A DNA stretch of 50,210 nt from Patescibacteria group bacterium UBA5187. GTDB lineage: Bacteria > Patescibacteriota > Minisyncoccia > Phycocordibacterales > PALSA-1337. The stretch spans positions 100,326 to 150,535 of the forward strand of contig DHWH01000015.1 in assembly GCA_002413065.1 (NCBI GenBank), written 5' to 3'. This document shows positions 1 to 8,799 of this stretch, one piece after another. The translations under genes were made by a program, and so were the position numbers. The notes beneath the pieces are model-generated. The model was not told the origin of the DNA. It searched no databases and saw only the letters and a list, made by a program, of their open reading frames with translations. Numbering within the stretch: the first letter of the stretch is position 1; every line of letters begins with the position of its first letter.

Positions 1-864
1 CTATACGCCTCTGTTACCGCTTACATTGTTAGCGATAACATATGGAGCGTGATATGGATACAAAGCCGATTGTACGCCCGACGCAGTCATCGGACATATC
101 TGTCCCGTGCACGGCTGATAATATGGAACGAGGGAAATATCAACGTATGTATATATTGAAGGCATATTCCACGTAATATTTTGTGTGGTGCCTTTTTGCC
201 ATACTTCCCCACCATTTGGCGAGAGGAGAATGAGGGAAGTTGTGACGGTACCAATAGTAACGGTAACATTCTTCGTAGCAACAAATCCCCTATCATCACG
301 TGCCGTAAACGTAATCGTATATGTTCCGGAATTTGAATATGCATGCGTGAACGTCGTGCTTTGACTGAACTGTGAGCCTGACATTGAACTCAAAGGGGTC
401 ATAACGTAACCTCCTTCATCTCCCCATCGCACCGAATAACTCACCGTTCTATTGCTTGATCCGGTTGCTTGAATACTCCATGTGCCTGACTGATTCACGC
501 TCAAAGAGCTTGGTGCAGTAACGACATTGATAGCAAGGTTGAGAGGGTTGCCGACACCACTATTGAGATGCTGTCGTGTCAGCGGACCGAAAAATCCAAG
601 AGCAGGAAGACCGACAGATCTCTGGTATGCCGCAACAGCGGCTTGTGTCTGTGAACCAAAATATCCCTTGCCTGATGCACCTGAACTGACAGACGGAATA
701 TCAAATCCATTAGTAATAAGCCATGTCTGAAGATTTACCACATCCTGTCCACTCGAACCCGCTGAAAGATTATTGGAAAAAGTGAAATTTTGCGCCGAAC
801 TTACCGAAACAATCGAGACGAAAGCCGCTAGAGCGATGCCTGAAATACTAATGTAATTTTTCAT
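1..864 (-). CDS. Secreted peptidoglycan-binding (PG_binding_1) + PKD/Ig-like domain surface protein
   Basis: Signal peptide from ATG 864 (MKNYISISGIALAAF). PG-binding motif GSSGQDVVNLQTWL...GYFGSQTQAAVAAYQ...GFFGPLTR. PKD-like WGD...FTHAYSNSGTYTITFTA. Stop TAG at 1-3. Confidence 0.8.
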   Translation of the reverse strand: MKNYISISGIALAAFVSIVSVSSAQNFTFSNNLSAGSSGQDVVNLQTWLITNGFDIPSVSSGASGKGYFGSQTQAAVAAYQRSVGLPALGFFGPLTRQHLNSGVGNPLNLAINVVTAPSSLSVNQSGTWSIQATGSSNRTVSYSVRWGDEGGYVMTPLSSMSGSQFSQSTTFTHAYSNSGTYTITFTARDDRGFVATKNVTVTIGTVTTSLILLSPNGGEVWQKGTTQNITWNMPSIYTYVDISLVPYYQPCTGQICPMTASGVQSALYPYHAPYVIANNVSGNRGV

Positions 865-960
865 AGGATGGTTATAATTTAATAGATTCTGTAGACGTAT
901 AAATCTAGCCGTGTAACTGTCATACCTATTACCTAGTTTAGCATTCCATATCCTCAAATC

Positions 961-987
961 AAAAACCGCCCCAAAAGGCGGTTTTTT
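961..987. terminator. Bidirectional intrinsic terminator
   Basis: AAAAACCGCC-CCAAAA-GGCGGTTTTTT, downstream of the 1022..3247 gene. Confidence 0.85.
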
Positions 988-1021
988 CGAATTATCCTAG
1001 AGTGTGTATTCGGCCACTATT

Positions 1022-3247
1022 TTAATGAACGACAGTGAACGGAACTGAGATGGTCACGCCGGAAGTAACCGGATCATATAGATGCATTGCGTAATTCCCT
1101 GCCGGGTATCCAGTACCTATTTTTATATCAGCACCTGTTTCACCCCTGTTTGCAGAAATAATCTGCTTTGTGGTACCGGGATAGATACGTCCGTCTTTTA
1201 CCAACTCAAATACAATATCGACAATGTTCCTGGCTACAAATGTTGCGTTGACGGTATCACCAGGTTTATATACGGATGCAGTCTGATTTGTTGCTTTATT
1301 TCTGAGAACTACGCTCGCGATGGATTTGTTGGAAGTAATGGAAAATGAATGGCTTGTAGTGGCTATTGCTGCGTTCGTGTTGCTTACTACCTTCACGGTA
1401 TAATCCGTGCCCAGTAGTACATCGGTAGGAACTGTAAGATTGTATGAAGTGCCTTTCGTCTGCAATGACTTGTTCACGATCAGCGCATCGCCTTTGAAGA
1501 GACTCACTGTCATACTATCACTATAATTCCATGCTACAGGGATAGTATCTCCCGGCATGAATGATTGACCTGCCGTCGGATTCGAGAGTGTCACTGCAGG
1601 AACGACTACAGAGAACGTGGTATCACTCGTATCATTAACTGCAGCATTTTGGTATTGAGTAATATAAATGTGGAAAGTACCTACGGTAGCAAAGCTTTTT
1701 GGAATGGTCCACACATAACTTGTCAGGGTATCTTTGACACGATTGACCTCGACAGCGTCAATCACATTGTTTACCCCATTTGTGTCCACATAATAGAGTG
1801 AAATTTTCGGAACAGTACCGTCAGTTTTCCAAGTGATAGTGAGCTTATCACCCGGCGATACGGTCGTGGTCTGAGCTTGAGAGCCGGAAGTAATATTCAT
1901 GATAGTCAGACTTGGAGCCACAACAGCGAAAGAGGTACTCGTTGAGAATACTCCCATGTTTGAAATATCGGTAACCTTGAAGAAGAAATTATTGCCAAGC
2001 TGCACATTCTTTGGAATGACGAATGTCCTTTCTTTTTCTGACGCAGTAATCAACAGAGATTTAGCCGAGAGGCTTGTCTGGTCTTTGAAAAGTTCAACGC
2101 GAACCGTGGAAACTCCCACGTTACCGCTTGACCAGGACACGACGACCGGCTGGCCGGGACGGACGCCTGCAGAAGACACATCTGTGCTAACCGTACCGAC
2201 AGTCTTACTCGTCACGACACTGAATACCGCTGTGTCTGAAATATTCTTGAGTTCAACACTCTTGACCTGGAATTTATATCCGGTGCCGGGTAATAACCCG
2301 ACTGGAGTATTCCACACATATGAATTGGATCCCGAAATGGATTTTACCGATGACACAAGAGTGGTGGTAGCGCCATTCTTGATATACGAGATGGAAACAG
2401 GCCCGACGTTACCGCTTATAGTCCAGCCTATGGTCGTGCTGCGTCCCGGAGTCACGACGATCGGCGAATCCCCGCTCGGACGGTTAATGGTTATACTGTC
2501 TGAACTGAAAATACTTACAACTCCTTTCGAAAGAGCGGATATATTATTTGTAACAATGGTAGCTCTTATTTTGTAGTCTCCGGTGGAAACAGCCGCTGGA
2601 ATCCGCAAAGAGACTGTTACTGCTCCATTGGCGGCGATGCCGGTTGTTGAAGCAACTTCGGTGGTCGCATTCGCGGGAACCAAAGCCACGCGAAGAGTAT
2701 CATTCATATAGAGTCCGGAAATCTTGAGATTTACTTTGAGAGTATTGCCGCGTTCTATGCGGGTAATGCCTGATGCTTGCGATTCCACAACAATGCCAAT
2801 TTTTTCTATACATCCATACAAAGCATTGAGTTTGAAGGACGTAGGTGTATCAAGAACACCGTTTACCATCAGCCCATTATTTTTTTGAAATGTGGCGACA
2901 GATACCGCCATCGAAAGTCCAAATTTGCCATTTTTCTCACTCGAATCGAGCTGGAAGCCGGCACGTTCACTCAATATGCGATATAAAGCCTTTGTCTCTG
3001 TGCTAATCTTAGTGCGTATGTCTGAAAAATCTCGCGAATAGAGGTTATTTTGATAAGCATCATTATCTGTATTCGTATATGCAAGAGTTTGATTATAGTA
3101 AAGTTGTTCCGTAAACGTATGACAAAAAGGAGTCACTTTTGAATTTGACGATTGTGCCAAAGCTTCATGGACTTGCGGAAGCTGGTAGGATATAAAAGTT
3201 AAGAGAATAAGAACTACAATATATTTTAGGTGATGGTGAGTATTCAT
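1022..3247 (-). CDS. Large secreted surface protein: PG-binding domain followed by about 6 Ig-like (Ser/Thr-rich, PGDxxxIxW) repeats
   Basis: N-terminal signal/TM. GKFGLSMAVSVATFQKNNGLMVNGVLD PG-binding motif. Repeated PG[D/R/Q]xxx[I/V]xW units about every 100 aa. Confidence 0.7.
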   Translation of the reverse strand: MNTHHHLKYIVVLILLTFISYQLPQVHEALAQSSNSKVTPFCHTFTEQLYYNQTLAYTNTDNDAYQNNLYSRDFSDIRTKISTETKALYRILSERAGFQLDSSEKNGKFGLSMAVSVATFQKNNGLMVNGVLDTPTSFKLNALYGCIEKIGIVVESQASGITRIERGNTLKVNLKISGLYMNDTLRVALVPANATTEVASTTGIAANGAVTVSLRIPAAVSTGDYKIRATIVTNNISALSKGVVSIFSSDSITINRPSGDSPIVVTPGRSTTIGWTISGNVGPVSISYIKNGATTTLVSSVKSISGSNSYVWNTPVGLLPGTGYKFQVKSVELKNISDTAVFSVVTSKTVGTVSTDVSSAGVRPGQPVVVSWSSGNVGVSTVRVELFKDQTSLSAKSLLITASEKERTFVIPKNVQLGNNFFFKVTDISNMGVFSTSTSFAVVAPSLTIMNITSGSQAQTTTVSPGDKLTITWKTDGTVPKISLYYVDTNGVNNVIDAVEVNRVKDTLTSYVWTIPKSFATVGTFHIYITQYQNAAVNDTSDTTFSVVVPAVTLSNPTAGQSFMPGDTIPVAWNYSDSMTVSLFKGDALIVNKSLQTKGTSYNLTVPTDVLLGTDYTVKVVSNTNAAIATTSHSFSITSNKSIASVVLRNKATNQTASVYKPGDTVNATFVARNIVDIVFELVKDGRIYPGTTKQIISANRGETGADIKIGTGYPAGNYAMHLYDPVTSGVTISVPFTVVH

Positions 3248-3314
3248 AAGGTATTTATATGTTAATAAAATTTACTGCAAGAATTTACTACGGTATCCAA
3301 TAACGGAGAAAGAC

Positions 3315-3470
3315 ATGCCTCAATGTGAGGACATGCCTTTGGGTAGTGAGGAAAGTATAGCATCTGTACTTTTCGGGACAAGGAGGAGTTATCAACAGGT
3401 ATCCCCATCGGAGCAAACAATACTGGCACGCAAAGCGGGGGTGCTTTTCAAGAATTGGAGAGGTAGGTGA
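3315..3470 (+). CDS. Possible 51-aa small ORF (alternatively a structured RNA)
   Basis: ATG 3315 to TGA 3470, MPQCEDMPLGSEESIASVLFGTRRSYQQVSPSEQTILARKAGVLFKNWRGR. GGAG at 3305-3308. Below the ORF-track size cutoff. Confidence 0.25.
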   Translation: MPQCEDMPLGSEESIASVLFGTRRSYQQVSPSEQTILARKAGVLFKNWRGR

Positions 3471-3473
3471 AAA

Positions 3474-3502
3474 TTGACATTGAAACAACGACGGTTTAGT
3501 AT
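3474..3502 (+). promoter_or_regulatory. sigma70-type promoter for the 3540 gene
   Basis: TTGACA(3474-3479)-17 nt-TAGTAT(3497-3502). Confidence 0.7.
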
Positions 3503-3539
3503 GACCAACGGAACAAAAAATAATTAACAACCGTAAACT

Positions 3540-4220
3540 ATGCACCTTGATCGAGATGAACTCTTTCGACGGGCCCAGGAAGTGGTGGGAAGGGCATGTG
3601 GAATCTCTCCTGACCAGATACTTGAACGTGGACACGATGCCAAACATACTGAGGCACAAATGATCCTCATGTACTTTTGTACTCGCGGCTTCCCCGATAA
3701 GTACCGATGCACTGACCATTCGATAGGTCGGCGCTTCGGTGTAAAATCAGACACCTGCAGAGCTGCACGCACAAGAATGAACAAAGCAGTGAGGGATCCC
3801 GGCTTTAAACAAAAAGTCAATGATCTATTGGCTGAAATTCTATCCTGCCTTCCTCTGGAAGACATGGAACCCGCGATTCACGAAATCGCATCCGAGATGG
3901 AGGTAACTGCTCCCCACAAAAGAGGGTTACTGGATATCGCTTTGGAAGTCTGCACCAGACACACGGTATCCGAATTGGACATGAGTGAGATCATTCAGAT
4001 AGCTTTCTGTGTCTCTGTCTATCTCACATGGAAAGATGAGGAACTGCGGATAGAAAAAGTCATGGAGAGATTCCAAAAAGATCTCGATGAAGTCCGATGT
4101 GCAATCAAATTCGTCCTCGACTGTCGGGGAAACGGCTGTGCAGAAAAGATCGAGGCTATCCTGGCAGAAACTCGGGCAAAACTGAAAGAGTCTGCGGCTA
4201 CATCTGTGTCTGTGTCGTAA
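3540..4220 (+). CDS. Hypothetical protein with DnaA C-terminal (domain IV)-like HTH, probably duplicated
   Basis: AQEVVGRACGISPDQIL...EAQMILMYF...SIGRRFG...TCRAARTRM parallels DnaA domain IV (IQKTVAEYY...LL...RQMAMAL...EIGDAFGG...TVLHA). Has its own promoter and terminator. Confidence 0.55.
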   Translation: MHLDRDELFRRAQEVVGRACGISPDQILERGHDAKHTEAQMILMYFCTRGFPDKYRCTDHSIGRRFGVKSDTCRAARTRMNKAVRDPGFKQKVNDLLAEILSCLPLEDMEPAIHEIASEMEVTAPHKRGLLDIALEVCTRHTVSELDMSEIIQIAFCVSVYLTWKDEELRIEKVMERFQKDLDEVRCAIKFVLDCRGNGCAEKIEAILAETRAKLKESAATSVSVS

Positions 4221-4239
4221 ATCCACCGCATAAAGCACG

Positions 4240-4262
4240 ACCACGGAGTTCCGTGGTTTTTT
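4240..4262 (+). terminator. Intrinsic terminator
   Basis: ACCACGGA-GT-TCCGTGGT followed by a T-run. Confidence 0.75.
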
Positions 4263-4324
4263 AATGCATGCTTTTTATTTCTAATTTTATTTAATTAACC
4301 CCTCCAAATACCTTATTGAATATC

Positions 4325-6469
4325 TTATTTTCTTTTCTCCGCAATCTCCAACGCTACGTTCGCAGGAACAACTTCATAGTGATCAAATTCCATCATGGCG
4401 CTTCCCTTTCCCGAGGTCATCGAACGGAGCTGTGTCGTGTAACCGAACATCTCTGAAAGAGGAACCTTGGCATGAATGGCGAGGTCCTGGCCTTTTGGTT
4501 CCGAACCTTCGATAGTGCCGCGCTTGGAAGCAATGGAACCGTTGACGTCACCCATGTATTTTTCTGGAGCAACGACTTCGAGTCTCATGACAGGTTCGAG
4601 AATGACAGGTTTCGCACGCTTGGCTGCATCTTGGAAAGCTTGTGAGGCAGCGATCTTGTAAGCGATTTCCGATGAGTCCACATCGTGATACGAACCGAAT
4701 GTAAGTTCACAGGAAACATTCACCAATTTGTATCCGGCAACGATACCGCGATCCATAGCTTCCCGAACTCCCTTTTCAACTGCAGGAATAAATTCATTTG
4801 GAATCACACCTCCCTTGATGTTGTTGATGAATTCGAAGTCATCATAGCGATGAACGTTCTTTGGGATCTTCTCGCCTTCTGGCCATGGTTCCAAAGGTTT
4901 GACTGTGAGGCGAACGTGTCCGTACTGACCTTTACCTCCGGTCTGCTTGATATATTTGTGTTCTGCCTCGGCAGAGTTCATGATCGTCTCGCGATATGCC
5001 ACCTGTGGCTCGCCGACATTGGCTTCGACGCCGAATTCGCGTTTCATACGATCCACCATGATCTCGAGGTGAAGTTCACCCATACCTGAAATGATAGTCT
5101 CGCCTGTTTCCGAGTTTGAAGAAATTCTGAAAGTAGGATCTTCGTTACCGAGTTTGCGGAGAGCCATGCCCATTTTTTCCTGGTCGGCTTTGGTCTTTGG
5201 TTCGATGCGGAGAGAAACGACGGGTTCCATAAATTTGATGACCTCCAAAACTATCGGGTTGTTCTCATCACAGAATGTGTTTGATGTAAGGGCATCTTTC
5301 AAACCTACAGCTGCGGCGATCTCGCCTGCAAAAACTTTTTTGACTTCTTCGCGCTTGTCAGCCTGGAGGCGAACGATACGGCCCAAACGCTCTTTCTTGC
5401 CCGTTGTTGAGTTATAAATATATGTTCCAGCTTCGATGGATCCGGAGTACACGCGGAAGAAGGTCAGAGCACCAACGAATGGGTCATTCTGAAGTTTGAA
5501 TGCCAAAGCCGCAAAAGGCTCTTCATCTGAGGCATTTCGGACTACATCTTCACCTGTATTCGGATTGATGCCGTGCACAGAAGGAATATCCAAAGGTGAT
5601 GGGAGATAATCAACGACGGCATCGAGAACCAATTGAACACCAATGTTCTTCAATGCTGAACCGGCAAACACAGGGAAAATCTCGTTGGCAATAACTGCCT
5701 TACGGGTAATCTTCCTGAGATCCTCGATACCGACCTCCTTGCCTTCAAGGTAACTCTGCATTGCAGTCTCATCGCGTTCGACGATCTTTTCTACCATTTC
5801 TGCGCGATATTTTTTTGCTTCTTCGAGAAGCTCAGCTGGAATCTCCGCCTCAATGATCTTGTCGCCCATTTCTCCTTCAAAATAGAAAGCCTTCATCTGC
5901 ATAAGATCGACAACACCCTTGTGTTCCCCTTCCAAACCGATAGGAATCTGGAATCGGATTGCATTTTTATTCAAACCTTCAAGAATAGACTTGTATGACT
6001 TTTCAAATGACGCACCGGTGCGGTCCAATTTGTTGATGAAACAGAGACGAGGAACTTTTCCTTCATCGGCATAGCGCCAGTTCGTTTGAGATTGAGGTTC
6101 CACGCCGGCAACGCCGTCGAATACCACGACTGCGCCGTCGAGCACGCGGAGAGAACGCTTTACTTCCACGGTAAAGTCGATGTGGCCTGGCGTATCGATA
6201 ATATTGAATCGGACCTTCTTCGACGAATCCGTTTTTGGCATATAGGTAGGATTCCAAAAACATGTAACCGCAGCTGCAGTAATAGTGATACCGCGCTCGC
6301 GCTCCTGTTCCATCCAGTCAGTGACAGTGTCACCTTCATGAACTTCACCGATCTTGTGAGTCATGCCTGTGTAGTAAAGGATACGTTCAGATGTAGTCGT
6401 TTTGCCGGCATCGATGTGGGCGATGATGCCGAAGTTTCGCATTCTCTCCAATGGGTAGTCGCGGTTCAT
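4325..6469 (-). CDS. fusA: Elongation factor G
   Basis: [33 protein letters not shown]. Start set at MNRDY (6469). Confidence 0.99.
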   Translation of the reverse strand: MNRDYPLERMRNFGIIAHIDAGKTTTSERILYYTGMTHKIGEVHEGDTVTDWMEQERERGITITAAAVTCFWNPTYMPKTDSSKKVRFNIIDTPGHIDFTVEVKRSLRVLDGAVVVFDGVAGVEPQSQTNWRYADEGKVPRLCFINKLDRTGASFEKSYKSILEGLNKNAIRFQIPIGLEGEHKGVVDLMQMKAFYFEGEMGDKIIEAEIPAELLEEAKKYRAEMVEKIVERDETAMQSYLEGKEVGIEDLRKITRKAVIANEIFPVFAGSALKNIGVQLVLDAVVDYLPSPLDIPSVHGINPNTGEDVVRNASDEEPFAALAFKLQNDPFVGALTFFRVYSGSIEAGTYIYNSTTGKKERLGRIVRLQADKREEVKKVFAGEIAAAVGLKDALTSNTFCDENNPIVLEVIKFMEPVVSLRIEPKTKADQEKMGMALRKLGNEDPTFRISSNSETGETIISGMGELHLEIMVDRMKREFGVEANVGEPQVAYRETIMNSAEAEHKYIKQTGGKGQYGHVRLTVKPLEPWPEGEKIPKNVHRYDDFEFINNIKGGVIPNEFIPAVEKGVREAMDRGIVAGYKLVNVSCELTFGSYHDVDSSEIAYKIAASQAFQDAAKRAKPVILEPVMRLEVVAPEKYMGDVNGSIASKRGTIEGSEPKGQDLAIHAKVPLSEMFGYTTQLRSMTSGKGSAMMEFDHYEVVPANVALEIAEKRK

Positions 6470-6595
6470 AAAATATAGCCTTATTTTTAGTGATAAATAA
6501 AAAAGCGCAATGGCTCTTAGTGCCAAGTACGATACAGCAAATGAGCGAAATAATCAAATTGTAAGACTTCTGAAGCTTGTCCGTCAGCTGTAATA

Positions 6596-6856
6596 ATGAA
6601 TACATTAATTCATGCTGACATATTCTTCTTTGTAACGACTGTCGCCGTAGCTGTGATTGCAGTCCTTTTTATCATAGCTTTCGTATATGTATTCAAAATA
6701 CTAGCTAATCTGCGTCACATAACAGACAGAGCGAAGGTTGAGGGCGATCTCATAATGGATGAGGTACGACGGATGCGTGAATCGATGCGTTTCCATAGAT
6801 TTGGCATCGGAACGATCGTGCGATTCATACGACGGACGGTCGGAAGATATTATTAA
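6596..6856 (+). CDS. Small single-TM protein, DUF948/YtxG-like
   Basis: One N-terminal TM helix then an amphipathic helix. Paired with a YtxH-like gene. Confidence 0.55.
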   Translation: MNTLIHADIFFFVTTVAVAVIAVLFIIAFVYVFKILANLRHITDRAKVEGDLIMDEVRRMRESMRFHRFGIGTIVRFIRRTVGRYY

Positions 6857-6890
6857 CACCGCTCATCATGAGTACTAATTATATACACAT

Positions 6891-7283
6891 ATGAACAGAC
6901 GACATTTATTTGAAAGAGAATCATCAAGCGCTAAAAAGAACCTTGGCATAGGACTGGCCGCCGCGGGCATAGGAGCCGCAATTACATATTTTCTCTATGG
7001 CACTGAAAAAGGTGCCCGTAAACGTGAAGATATCAAACAATTTGCGTACAAAATGAAAGACCGGGCAATGGAAACAACCGGAGAATTAGGAAGTATGGCC
7101 AAAGATATCTACAAAGACATGGCTTCCCTATTGAAAGACAAGTACGAGGACATAAAAGATATGGACAGCGAAGACGTAAAGGCTTTGGGTGACAGAATTC
7201 GCGAGCACTGGGAAGAAATGCGCGGAGATATTGAGGATACAATCGAAAAGGCCGCGGATAACCGCGACCAATCCGAGAAATAA
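6891..7283 (+). CDS. YtxH-like protein
   Basis: GLAAAGIGAAITYFLYGTEKGARKREDIK matches the YtxH N-terminal pattern. Charged helical tail. Confidence 0.7.
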   Translation: MNRRHLFERESSSAKKNLGIGLAAAGIGAAITYFLYGTEKGARKREDIKQFAYKMKDRAMETTGELGSMAKDIYKDMASLLKDKYEDIKDMDSEDVKALGDRIREHWEEMRGDIEDTIEKAADNRDQSEK

Positions 7284-7373
7284 TGTGAGTAAGCTAAGCC
7301 TCTAGCTCTATCAATTCCGTCTCGCTCTATAAAAATTAATGTTTAGAAATAAATGAATCGGTTGAGCTCGACG

Positions 7374-7396
7374 AGATTTTGGCCTAGCCAAAATCT
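7374..7396. other. 10-bp inverted repeat at the rpsG 3' end
   Basis: AGATTTTGGC-CTA-GCCAAAATCT. Confidence 0.6.
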
Positions 7397-7865
7397 ACCA
7401 CGCAAAGTGTGCGAATGCCTTGTTGGCCTCTGCCATTTTGTGAACGTTATCACGCTTTTTGACAGCTTCGCCTTCATTCTTTGATGCTGCAATGATCTCG
7501 TCAGCGAGTTTGAGATGAATGGGGGCTCCCTTCTTTGAACGGGCGGCTTCGATGATCCATTTCATGGACAAAGCTTGCTTGCGTTCCGGACGAACTTCGC
7601 GAGGAACCTGATAGTTTGCTCCTCCTACCCGGCGGGAACGGACTTCCATAGCAGGAGTGGTATTTTTGAGGGCCAATTCGAAAAGTTCGAGAGGGTTCTC
7701 AACCTTTGCCTTCTCTTTGATGGCCTCCATGCAGTCAGCAACGATGCCGCGTGCAATATTTTTCTTGCCTGATTCCATTATATAATTTGAAAATTTGGAA
7801 AGCTTGAGTGATTGGTATGTCACATCGGGCTTCAATACGCGTTTTATGTTTAGTTTTCTTCGCAT
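7395..7865 (-). CDS. rpsG: 30S ribosomal protein S7
   Basis: EVRSRRVGGANYQVP, HKMAEANKAFAHF. Confidence 0.99.
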   Translation of the reverse strand: MRRKLNIKRVLKPDVTYQSLKLSKFSNYIMESGKKNIARGIVADCMEAIKEKAKVENPLELFELALKNTTPAMEVRSRRVGGANYQVPREVRPERKQALSMKWIIEAARSKKGAPIHLKLADEIIAASKNEGEAVKKRDNVHKMAEANKAFAHFAW

Positions 7866-7903
7866 GATAGTTTATATTTAAGATTGGTCTTCAATCTTCT
7901 TAA

Positions 7904-8323
7904 TTAAGCCTGGGCGGCCTTCGGTCTCTTGTTGCCGTATTGACTGCGACCTTTTCTGCGACTTTCTACACCGGCACAATCCAAAACGCCTCGAACTATG
8001 GAATAACGCAAACCTACGTCTTTGACACGGCCTCCGCGAAGGAGAACTACGGCGTGTTCCTGCAGGTTATGTCCCATTCCTGGGATATATGCAGTGACCT
8101 CAAGACCGTTAGTGAGACGAACGCGGGCAATCTTACGGATAGCTGAGTTAGGCTTCTTTGGAGTCTTGGTTGTTACTTTCACGCAGACACCTCGTTTGAA
8201 TGGTGCGGGAAAGAATACCGGACGATTCTTGATCGAATTGAATGTTCGTGTCAATGCGATGGATTTCGACTTCTGCTTGAAACGCTTGCGATGGATTTTT
8301 GTTAACTGGTTTATTGTTGGCAT
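7904..8323 (-). CDS. rpsL: 30S ribosomal protein S12
   Basis: [28 protein letters not shown]. Confidence 0.99.
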   Translation of the reverse strand: MPTINQLTKIHRKRFKQKSKSIALTRTFNSIKNRPVFFPAPFKRGVCVKVTTKTPKKPNSAIRKIARVRLTNGLEVTAYIPGMGHNLQEHAVVLLRGGRVKDVGLRYSIVRGVLDCAGVESRRKGRSQYGNKRPKAAQA

Positions 8324-8450
8324 GTTTAATACTTACGAATAAAAGCTAGTGGCAATTCTGAATTATTCACCGCGGTTGGTGTGAGATGTACCAAGGCGAT
8401 TACTCATTCTTGCCTGAATAATGTACGTGTCTTACTAAGACAGTGGAAGT

Positions 8451-8479
8451 ACCTTATCACATGAATATGTATAGGGCAA
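8451..8479 (-). promoter_or_regulatory. rpsL promoter
   Basis: Minus strand TTGCCC-17 nt-TAAGGT, about 120 nt upstream of the rpsL ATG. Confidence 0.6.
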
Positions 8480-8480
8480 G

Positions 8481-8506
8481 ACAAAAGGCGCACAGATGTA
8501 CGCCTT
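8481..8506 (-). terminator. Intrinsic terminator ending the candidate ncRNA
   Basis: Minus strand AAGGCGTAC-ATCT-GTGCGCCTTTTGT. The U-G pair forms only on the minus strand. Confidence 0.7.
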
Positions 8507-8720
8507 GTAATTCTTCAACTAACCCGATAAATCGGAGTGCTGACGGTTAACTAATCTAACAATGCACCGCACCGTCAGCACTCACTTTTCCTACGATCGC
8601 AGGAGGAACATCCGGCTAACCATAGAAAACTAAGGGGTTCCCCGGCACCAGCCCAACCAAGCTGGCACCGGGGTATCCATCCCCCGTGATCGGGCTGCGA
8701 TCCGACCAAATTAAAATCTG
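8481..8720 (-). ncRNA. Candidate structured ncRNA (~235 nt), family unassigned
   Basis: Own promoter (8726-8753) and terminator. 13-bp stem 8535-8547/8571-8583, 8-bp stem 8595-8602/8695-8702, and 13-bp stem 8640-8652/8661-8673 with tandem G-U pairs on the minus strand. Confidence 0.6.
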
Positions 8721-8725
8721 TCATG

Positions 8726-8753
8726 ATAGTACCAGTTCTGATGTTAATGTCAA
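8726..8753 (-). promoter_or_regulatory. Strong sigma70-type promoter
   Basis: Minus strand TTGACA-16 nt-TACTAT with extended -10 TGG. Confidence 0.7.
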
Positions 8754-8799
8754 GTGCCCGAGAACGGGGTACGCGCTTGCTCGTTGAACTCCCGAGTCA

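Noticed and set aside
3314..3503. RNase P RNA (GAGGAAAGT, GGAGCAA, TAGGTGAA and CGGTTTA in order, with plausible P2/P3)
   Set aside because: The catalytic helix P4 cannot pair (AAGT-ATAGC versus GACGGTTT). GGAAAGT is sequestered in a local hairpin, there is no room for an S-domain, and the 3' words overlap a consensus promoter.
8575..8724. 49-aa minus-strand ORF (MTDFNLVGSQ...) across the candidate ncRNA
   Set aside because: Its ATG lies 1 nt after the -10 box, upstream of the expected start site, and the peptide is not protein-like.
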